Shown piece after piece: positions 57,616-64,000 of a stretch of DNA of 64,000 nucleotides. The notes under the pieces are model-generated. The model was not told where the DNA came from, made no database searches, and worked only from the letters and a program-made list of their open reading frames with translations. The position numbers and the translations under genes were made by a program. The DNA is from a virus (lineage: Duplodnaviria > Caudoviricetes), in the IMG/VR virus record IMGVR_UViG_3300032312_001422, positions 96,001 through 160,000 of that record, one strand, 5' to 3'. Every line of letters begins with the position of its first letter. Within the stretch, counting starts at the first letter, position 1.

Positions 57616-58166
57616 GTAAAGTATATTACAAAGAATCAACAATTCGATCTTGGGTACACGATATTATCCGTGCTGTGAACGCAGATAATTGGCGCCCCGA
57701 TTATATTGTAGGTCTAACTCGCGGTGGACTAGTTCCTGCTGTGATGCTGAGTCATTACTTGGATGTACCAATGCATGCTCTTAAAGTAAGCCTACGTGAC
57801 GGCGATCATGGACCAGAAAGCAATGCATGGATGGCCGAAGATGCATTCGGTTGGATTGAAGGCGGGTATCGAGGGTTGGGTGGTGACGGTGCGTTTGATT
57901 TTACTATGCATGCTAAAAACATTCTTATAGTAGATGATATCAATGATACCGGCGCTACACTAAACTGGATTCGCAAAGATTGGCAAAGCAGTTGCTTACC
58001 CGATAACTCACGTTGGGAAAATGTATTTGGTAATAACGTTCGCTTTGCTGTATTAATCAATAACGAAGCCAGCGAGTTCACGGACGTGGACTATGTGGGC
58101 ATGTCAATAAACAAACTGGAAGAACCCATCTGGTGTGTTTTTCCTTGGGAAGAATGGTGGAGATAA
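57612..58166 (+). CDS. Type I phosphoribosyltransferase (xanthine-guanine PRTase-like)
   Basis: IVGLTRGGLVPAVMLSHYL; PRPP loop ILIVDDINDTGATL; VFPWE. Confidence 0.88.
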   Translation: MSKVYYKESTIRSWVHDIIRAVNADNWRPDYIVGLTRGGLVPAVMLSHYLDVPMHALKVSLRDGDHGPESNAWMAEDAFGWIEGGYRGLGGDGAFDFTMHAKNILIVDDINDTGATLNWIRKDWQSSCLPDNSRWENVFGNNVRFAVLINNEASEFTDVDYVGMSINKLEEPIWCVFPWEEWWR

Positions 58167-58185
58167 ATAGTTATATCCCCAAAAC

Positions 58186-58249
58186 AGCGGTCTTGGCGTC
58201 ATTCCCGCTTGATAAATTCTGCCGCCTATGCTATAATTAACATAGGAGA
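58186..58249 (+). promoter_or_regulatory. Candidate preQ1-I-like pseudoknot riboswitch with SD-sequestering hairpin upstream of queD
   Basis: AGCGG/CCGCT stem, loop UC...C, pseudoknot UGGCG/UGCCG, then CCTATG/CATAGG hairpin over AGGAG. Confidence 0.5.
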
Positions 58250-58254
58250 AATCA

Positions 58255-58704
58255 ATGGCAAAGTATTACTCAACAAAACATTACGGACACAACATTGGAT
58301 TGAGTGCTGTATTTAGACAGCCCAATGCCGATCATAGTCACTGTCACTTGCTACATGGCTACAGTCTAGCGTTTACATTCACATTTGGTTGTGATCAGCT
58401 AGACAACAAAAACTGGGCAGTGGACTTTGGCAGTCTCAAAGAACTAAAAGCCTGGCTAGAAGATCACTTTGATCACAAATTGGCTCTGGATCAACAAGAT
58501 CCGCACTTGTCCAAGTTCGAAGAATTACAAGCATTGGATCTGGTAGAGATCAGAATATTTGATGGTGTGGGTGCAGAGAAGTTTGCCGAGCATGCTTTCA
58601 ATTTTGCCGATCGATTGATTAGAGAAAAGACCGATGGTCGTTGCTATTGTGTCAGAGCAGAATGTGCCGAACACGGAGCCAATAGTGCAATCTACGAAGG
58701 TTAA
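58255..58704 (+). CDS. queD: 6-carboxy-5,6,7,8-tetrahydropterin synthase
   Basis: HCHLLHGYS, VDFGSLKELK..L...FDH, AEKFAE, AEHGANSAIY. Confidence 0.88.
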   Translation: MAKYYSTKHYGHNIGLSAVFRQPNADHSHCHLLHGYSLAFTFTFGCDQLDNKNWAVDFGSLKELKAWLEDHFDHKLALDQQDPHLSKFEELQALDLVEIRIFDGVGAEKFAEHAFNFADRLIREKTDGRCYCVRAECAEHGANSAIYEG

Positions 58705-58960
58705 CGAAATCTTGGACATATTGCAAGAGGAGTGCGGTGAAGTTATTGTTGCTATCAGCAAAATTCGCCGTTTTGGTATTGACAATACGTACAAGGATGG
58801 TGGTACCCAGCGTGAACACCTGGTACAAGAACTAGGCGATGTTACATTGCTAGTAGAATTACTCAAGGCACACAATATTTTTACAGAAGCAGAATTACAT
58901 GAAGCACAAGTGAGAAAAAGTCAAAAATTAACACAATGGTCGAAAATATATGAAGATTAA
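58685..58960 (+). CDS. MazG-like all-alpha NTP pyrophosphohydrolase
   Basis: LQEECGEV...QELGDV; GTG start at 58685 with GGAG 6 nt upstream. Confidence 0.72.
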   Translation: MQSTKVNEILDILQEECGEVIVAISKIRRFGIDNTYKDGGTQREHLVQELGDVTLLVELLKAHNIFTEAELHEAQVRKSQKLTQWSKIYED

Positions 58961-59810
58961 AGTCAGTGAAATATTTTATAGTTTACAAGGCGAAGGTCGC
59001 TTTGTTGGAGTACCCAGTGTATTCCTTAGAACCTATGGCTGTAACTTTACCTGTTCAGGTTTTGGATGCAAGCCTGGAGAAAAGTCAACAGGTGCCGATG
59101 AGGTTGCTAAAAAGGTTGAACTGTACAAGACATTTACGGACTTGCCCTTGGTAGAAACAGGATGCGACAGCTATGCGTCATGGCACCCTGCTTACAAGCA
59201 TCTAAGTCCAACACTGACCACAGAAGAACTTGTGGAAAAGATGTTGACCTTGACTCCCAACAACCAGTGGGCCCAGAACAATGGCAATGATGTACACTTG
59301 GTTATCACAGGCGGTGAACCTTTGCTAGGTTGGCAACGTGCCTATGCAGAACTGCTGAGTCATCCCAGAATGGCAGACTTAAAAAATATCACATTTGAAA
59401 CCAATGGCACACAAGAACTACACGAAGACTTTAGAGATTATTTGATCGATTGGGCCAGTGACAAAGCTGGTCGTGAAGTTACATTCAGTGTCAGTGCCAA
59501 ACTGAGTGCAAGCGGCGAGACTTGGGAAGATGCTATCAAACCCAAGATTGTCAATATCTATCAAACTTACGGACATACCTATCTTAAATTTGTGGTAGAA
59601 ACAGAAGACCATGTAACTGAAGCAGTCCGTGCTGTGGACGCCTTTAGACATGATGGCTTCAAAGGAGTTGTATACTTGATGCCACAGGGCGGTGTAGTTG
59701 ATCCATACGAATCAAATAAACTAAACATTGCCAACATCTGTTGCAAACTGGGATTCAACTATAGCCCACGCTTGCATGTGGATCTCTGGGGCAACGGCTG
59801 GGGCAAATAA
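58950..59810 (+). CDS. queE: 7-carboxy-7-deazaguanine synthase (radical SAM)
   Basis: EIFYSLQGEG..VG.PSVFLRTYGCNFTC...GCDS, VITGGEPLL, FETNGT, LKFVV, LMPQG, SPRLHVDLW. Confidence 0.9.
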   Translation: MKIKVSEIFYSLQGEGRFVGVPSVFLRTYGCNFTCSGFGCKPGEKSTGADEVAKKVELYKTFTDLPLVETGCDSYASWHPAYKHLSPTLTTEELVEKMLTLTPNNQWAQNNGNDVHLVITGGEPLLGWQRAYAELLSHPRMADLKNITFETNGTQELHEDFRDYLIDWASDKAGREVTFSVSAKLSASGETWEDAIKPKIVNIYQTYGHTYLKFVVETEDHVTEAVRAVDAFRHDGFKGVVYLMPQGGVVDPYESNKLNIANICCKLGFNYSPRLHVDLWGNGWGK

Positions 59811-59811
59811 T

Positions 59812-60036
59812 ATGGCTCCCATACCGGGCATGGACCGATATGATCAGTTTCATGCACGAGCCGACTGGGATTACGTATTTGTCTGGTGGCCGAAACAATG
59901 TGAACTCACTAACCGTCAAATCTGGTTGCAACATGCATATCGTGGCACAGCAGTCTGGGTCGGCCCCGGTGAACCTGTGTTTGAATACAGATATCATGCT
60001 CCCCAGGAACACTTAATTTGGCAACTACAACAGTGA
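59812..60036 (+). CDS. Hypothetical protein
   Basis: ATG one base after the queE stop; 74 aa. Confidence 0.55.
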   Translation: MAPIPGMDRYDQFHARADWDYVFVWWPKQCELTNRQIWLQHAYRGTAVWVGPGEPVFEYRYHAPQEHLIWQLQQ

Positions 60037-60518
60037 CTGAAAAAAAATCCAATGTCACCGACGGACGAGAGAGTTTTGACGTCACAGTTGGCAATACCTT
60101 GGTTGCGTTTTTTAATCGCAACGTAAGCACGTATCCCACTGAAGCGGGTGGACCCAAGTTTGATCTTATTCCCGTTGAAAAGCAAAAAGACATCATGGTC
60201 AATGTGGCCCGTATGTATGCTCAACAGGAATACGACCGTATTACAGAATTGGTAACAGTATTACAAAAACAAGCAGCAGAACTCAAGCGTCGATTAGATA
60301 TTACCGACATGGTACATGCCGCCAAGTACGAGTTCCAAGTGTATCACGGCCAAACCTATTGGTTGGCTTACGAACACAACAAACAAGGCACTAGATTGAC
60401 CCACTTGGGCCCAAATGATTGGACCACAGGTGCGCCTGCAGATTATGAATATATTTGCCAGGTCAAGTGGTTGGGTGATTACACCTGGGTAGAAGTAACA
60501 GAACAGGATGCAAAATGA
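60018..60518 (+). CDS. Hypothetical protein (DUF2452-like)
   Basis: YPTEAGGPKF...QEYDRI...YEFQVYHGQTYWL. Confidence 0.65.
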   Translation: MATTTVTEKKSNVTDGRESFDVTVGNTLVAFFNRNVSTYPTEAGGPKFDLIPVEKQKDIMVNVARMYAQQEYDRITELVTVLQKQAAELKRRLDITDMVHAAKYEFQVYHGQTYWLAYEHNKQGTRLTHLGPNDWTTGAPADYEYICQVKWLGDYTWVEVTEQDAK

Positions 60519-61477
60519 ATAAAATGATGATTTGGCCCGTGTGGGCAGTGGCAGTATTGACCACTTGGTTATACCTGATCTTGACCGGACCAGGTTTTGC
60601 CTTGTATGACACACACTGGCTGTATGCGGTTATGATGATATTTGGTTCAGCCATAGCCGGCTTCACTCCCGAGGGTGGCGGTGCTGTGGCATTTCCCATT
60701 CTGAGCCTGTACTTTAATATCACCCCGCCTGCGGCTAGAGACTTTAGTCTAGCCATACAAAGCATTGGCATGGTATCAGCGGCCATATGGATCTTGACAC
60801 GCAAAGGGCATGACCTACGAACATTTAGACACGTACCGTTCTATGCGGCTGTGAACATGATTGGTTTTGTGCTTATGACCACTGTGGCCGGTGCTGTTGC
60901 TTTCAAAACCGTACAGATGTTGTTTGTGAGTCTGGCCTTGGCCTTTATTGTGGCCTACTTGATCAGCCGTGGTCGTGGCACCGTGGATGATGTCGAACTC
61001 AAAGGTTCCCAATTTGTTACTTTTACAATATTTTCATTCATAGGTGGTTGTGCCTCTGCCATGTTCGGCACAGGCAGTGACATGTTGATTTACATTGCGT
61101 TGACCTGCTACTACGGCATGAAGGAAAAGATCAGCACAGACATCAGCATTGTGCTCATGGCTGTGATCACTGTGTTTGGCATTGCCTATCGTGGTTTGTT
61201 TTTGGATGCTGTACACCCGGACGTTTATTTGATGTGGTTGGCAGCTGCCCCGGTGGTGTTGTTTTTTGCTCCATTTGGTAACATACTGTTGGGATGGGTC
61301 CGTAAAGAAACCATGTTGTACACAGTACTGGCCATGAATGCTGTAAACTATTTTTACTTTATGAGTAAAAATCTAAATATGCTGACACCAACTGTGATAA
61401 CACTGGCATCATTTGTAATATTTTTTGTAGCAAGTTTTTACATTAAGAACATAAGGAATAAAAATGGGAATATTTGA
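60515..61477 (+). CDS. TauE/SafE family (sulfite exporter-like) membrane protein
   Basis: AGFTPEGGGAVAFP and SAMFGTGSDM repeat motifs; many TM helices. Confidence 0.8.
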   Translation: MNKMMIWPVWAVAVLTTWLYLILTGPGFALYDTHWLYAVMMIFGSAIAGFTPEGGGAVAFPILSLYFNITPPAARDFSLAIQSIGMVSAAIWILTRKGHDLRTFRHVPFYAAVNMIGFVLMTTVAGAVAFKTVQMLFVSLALAFIVAYLISRGRGTVDDVELKGSQFVTFTIFSFIGGCASAMFGTGSDMLIYIALTCYYGMKEKISTDISIVLMAVITVFGIAYRGLFLDAVHPDVYLMWLAAAPVVLFFAPFGNILLGWVRKETMLYTVLAMNAVNYFYFMSKNLNMLTPTVITLASFVIFFVASFYIKNIRNKNGNI

Positions 61478-61850
61478 TCGCTTTAAAAAGAAACCCGAAA
61501 CAAAACCAGAAGCACCCAAGACTCGAAAAAAATCTGCCAAGGACTTGGCCACAGAAAAGGGTGAACCTTATGTGGCAATTCTTAGTGTGGACCTAGATCC
61601 CGACAACATTGGCAACGGTGCATTTGAGCTAGACTGGAATGACAAGTTTATTGCCAATCTGGTACGTGCTGGTTATCAACACAAGCCCGCAGACACAGAT
61701 GCAGACATGGTAGACCGTTGGTTTGCTGATGTATGTAAAAATGTAGTGGCAGAAAACTTTGAACAATGGGAAGCCAATCAACCCTTTGATGCACGTCCAC
61801 GCAATATTGAACGCAGAGATATCGGCGACGGTCGCACTGAAGTATCGTGA
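61464..61850 (+). CDS. Hypothetical protein
   Basis: AAGGA SD, 128 aa. Confidence 0.7.
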   Translation: MGIFDRFKKKPETKPEAPKTRKKSAKDLATEKGEPYVAILSVDLDPDNIGNGAFELDWNDKFIANLVRAGYQHKPADTDADMVDRWFADVCKNVVAENFEQWEANQPFDARPRNIERRDIGDGRTEVS

Positions 61851-62575
61851 TACTGTATGTGAATGGCGATAGCCATAGTGCCGGTGCAGAATTAGCACAA
61901 GTTCGCAATGGAGTGCTATCAGAGTTCAACGACGACACTCGGCAGTATCAACCAGCACAAGGAAGTCAACACTGGCAAGCTGAATGTGTTAAACGCAGTT
62001 ACAGTCAACAGTTGGCCAATCACTTGGGTGCAGAGCTGGTTTGTGAAGCAGAGTCCGGTGGCAGTAGTGCAAGAACGCTACGAGTCACCCGCGAATATCT
62101 CAAACACAATCGTCCTGACCTTTTGGTTATTGGCTGGAGTCCAATTGAACGGGAAGAGTGGTGGCACAATGGTGTTGCATATCAAGTAACTGGGGGTGGT
62201 GTTAAATCAGTTCCTGCAGAGTTGGCTGACAGATACAAGCAATGGGTAATCAATAATTCTACACCCAGTGCCATCAATGCCAAGGCCGTGGCATTGCACA
62301 AAGAGATATTTGATTTCCATCAAGAATTACTTGAGATAGACGTACCACATGTGTTTTTTAACACATTCAACAGTTTTGAATTCATTGCTGACATGGGTGG
62401 CTCACCTGTTGACTGGAATGACTGTTTTGTTGAACCTTATTTGGAATCCTATACTTATTGTTTGTGGTTAAAAAATCAAAATTATCAAACAGTCAATTTG
62501 TCCAGCATGCATTTTGGTCCAGCCGGACATCGTGCCTGGGCCGATTTCTTATATCAACACTATTGTAAAAAATGA
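61847..62575 (+). CDS. SGNH/GDSL hydrolase-like protein
   Basis: ILYVNGDSHSAG, LLVIGWS, HFGPAGH; GTG start. Confidence 0.7.
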   Translation: MILYVNGDSHSAGAELAQVRNGVLSEFNDDTRQYQPAQGSQHWQAECVKRSYSQQLANHLGAELVCEAESGGSSARTLRVTREYLKHNRPDLLVIGWSPIEREEWWHNGVAYQVTGGGVKSVPAELADRYKQWVINNSTPSAINAKAVALHKEIFDFHQELLEIDVPHVFFNTFNSFEFIADMGGSPVDWNDCFVEPYLESYTYCLWLKNQNYQTVNLSSMHFGPAGHRAWADFLYQHYCKK

Positions 62576-63273
62576 TCTTATACGTAAATGGTGACAGTCA
62601 TAGTGCTGGTGCAGAAGCAGTAAACACATATTCGTTTGCTCGAGACGATAGCTTGTACTGGAACATGGATCGAGAACCGCATCCAGATAATCTACGTGTC
62701 AGCTACGGCTGTGAGTTGGCCAATATGCTGGGTGCCATACTACAATGTGATGCCGAGTCAGCAAGTAGCAACGACAGAATCGTTCGTACCACTTATGAAT
62801 CGCTTGACATTGTAAAACCCGAGTTGGTCATCATTGGGTGGTCAACATGGGAACGCGAAGAGTGGTGGCACGAAGGCACCCAACAGTATTGGCAAGTCAA
62901 TGCTGGTGGTGTTGGTGAAGATTGGCCGGCAGAAATCAAAGATCAATACCAGGGTTATATTTTAAACATCAACTACGATCATGCTGTTAGAAACGCACAC
63001 GAAAAAATACACCAACTGCATAGATATCTTGACCAGAGCAAGATACCACACATATTTTTCAATACCTTTGAGCCGTTTACAAAAACCTTAAAATTTGAAT
63101 GGGGCAACAGTTACATACACCCATACAATCCAGAATACACTTACTACAATTGGTTAAAGCAACGGGGATTCGAAACGGTTCGTCCCGGATCATACCATTT
63201 TGGTCCAGAGGCACATCGTGCTTGGGCTGAATTTTTATACCAAAATTATGTCCAAACGCTGTTGACAACTTAA
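62572..63273 (+). CDS. SGNH/GDSL hydrolase-like protein, tandem paralogue
   Basis: ILYVNGDSHSAG, LVIIGWS, HFGPEAH. Confidence 0.7.
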   Translation: MILYVNGDSHSAGAEAVNTYSFARDDSLYWNMDREPHPDNLRVSYGCELANMLGAILQCDAESASSNDRIVRTTYESLDIVKPELVIIGWSTWEREEWWHEGTQQYWQVNAGGVGEDWPAEIKDQYQGYILNINYDHAVRNAHEKIHQLHRYLDQSKIPHIFFNTFEPFTKTLKFEWGNSYIHPYNPEYTYYNWLKQRGFETVRPGSYHFGPEAHRAWAEFLYQNYVQTLLTT

Positions 63274-63290
63274 TCATTATATGCTATTAT
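63262..63290 (+). promoter_or_regulatory. Sigma70-like promoter TTGACA-N17-TATTAT with extended -10
   Basis: ATG 63297 at predicted +1, no SD. Confidence 0.6.
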
Positions 63291-63296
63291 AACTAC

Positions 63297-64000
63297 ATGA
63301 GATATCTACTTGTTGACACCGCTAATACATTCTTCCGTGCCAGGCACGCCGCACACCGTCAAGCTGATACTTGGGATAGGCTGGGTTTTGCTATTCAAGT
63401 AACACTAAATAGTGTTAATAAGAGCTGGAGAGACCAAAAGGCAGACCATGTTATTTTCTGCCTGGAAGGTCGTAGTTGGCGCAAAGACTATTATGAGCCT
63501 TATAAAAAGAATCGTAGTGTGGCTCGTGCGGCACTGACAGAAAAAGAAGCTGAAGAAGATGCATTGTTTTGGGAAAGCTTCGATACGCTCAAAGACTTCT
63601 TGGCTACAAAAACAAATTGCACAGTATTACAACACCCCGAACTAGAAGCAGATGATTTGATTGCTGGTTGGATACAAGCCCACCCACGTGATCATCACAC
63701 CATTGTGTCAAGTGACACAGACTTTCATCAACTGCTGGCAGAAAATGTAAATCAATATAACGGAATCGCAGATGAGCTCCACACTATTCAAGGTATTTTC
63801 GACAAGAAAGGTGCCCCAGTCAAAGATAAAAAGACTAAGGAACCAAAAACAATTCCGGACCCTAAGTGGATTCTTTTCGAAAAGTGTATGCGAGGAGATC
63901 CAACCGACAATATTTTTTCGGCGTACCCAGGGGTGCGTAAGGTGGGAAGTAAAAATAAAGTTGGGCTCCAAGAAGCCTTTAACGACAAAACAGCGAAGGG
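63297..64000 (+). CDS. rnh: T4-like RNase H / 5'-3' exonuclease (FEN-like), truncated by window end; not in ORF track
   Basis: MRYLLVDTANTFFRARH, CLEGRSWRKDYYEPYKKNR, LEADDLIA, IVSSDTDFHQL, GDPTDNI. Confidence 0.9.
   Translation, partial: MRYLLVDTANTFFRARHAAHRQADTWDRLGFAIQVTLNSVNKSWRDQKADHVIFCLEGRSWRKDYYEPYKKNRSVARAALTEKEAEEDALFWESFDTLKDFLATKTNCTVLQHPELEADDLIAGWIQAHPRDHHTIVSSDTDFHQLLAENVNQYNGIADELHTIQGIFDKKGAPVKDKKTKEPKTIPDPKWILFEKCMRGDPTDNIFSAYPGVRKVGSKNKVGLQEAFNDKTAK

Noticed and set aside
1063-63988. Numerous short antisense or alternate-frame ORFs in the supplied track (e.g. 2851-3597, 22561-22896, 48891-49427, 50610-51149)
   Set aside because: They shadow well-supported genes and lack SD or promoter signals and recognisable motifs.
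1-64000. Alternative genetic code (stop-codon reassignment as in some large phages)
   Set aside because: Conserved genes are full length in the standard code, and TAG (e.g. 322-324) and TGA (many ATGA overlaps) act as true stops.
1-64000. CRISPR array, tRNA genes, diversity-generating retroelement, transposase or integrase
   Set aside because: No repeat-spacer periodicity, cloverleaf, reverse transcriptase, A-variable repeat pair or recombinase motif seen by eye; tRNAscan or minCED could still find something missed.

Overview
This window is a gene-dense, AT-rich segment of a large lytic dsDNA phage with T4-like replication and gene expression. It is not a cellular chromosome. Evidence: family-B DNA polymerase, RFC-type clamp loader, probable sliding clamp, T4-type RNase H, DsbA-like protein, PhoH, GroES-like co-chaperonin, baseplate and fibre proteins, and many TAAATA late-promoter motifs. 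A GH19 endolysin with a two-component spanin implies a Gram-negative host. Layout: IF-1/SOD/Fe-S carrier (0.1-1.2 kb); tail and baseplate genes (1.3-9.8 kb); mini-DnaE, GroES, clamp loader and accessory enzymes (9.8-19 kb); lysis cassette (19.2-23.2 kb); DnaJ-ClpA (23.2-26.3 kb); putative capsid-packaged, Glu-cleaved internal proteins (28.6-36 kb); a candidate structured ncRNA (36.6-36.7 kb); replication operon running into a TGT/DpdA-like gene (39.5-46 kb); a dispersed 7-deazaguanine pathway (TGT-like, second T-fold DpdL-like protein, FolE, QueD, QueE, Gpt-like PRTase, MazG-like; no QueC in the window) interleaved with sugar-modifying enzymes (44.5-59.8 kb); RNase H cut by the window end. Top leads: (1) a preQ1-I-like pseudoknot plus an SD-sequestering hairpin upstream of queD, a candidate phage riboswitch on a DNA-modification pathway; (2) the QueC-less deazaguanine pathway with both pre- and post-replicative enzymes and a neighbouring glycosylation module; (3) polyprotein-like internal head proteins with enzyme cargo; (4) an unassigned structured RNA. 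All family assignments come from motif recognition by eye; no searches or folding programs were run. Several starts were moved from the supplied ORF track to better-supported ATG/GTG codons.
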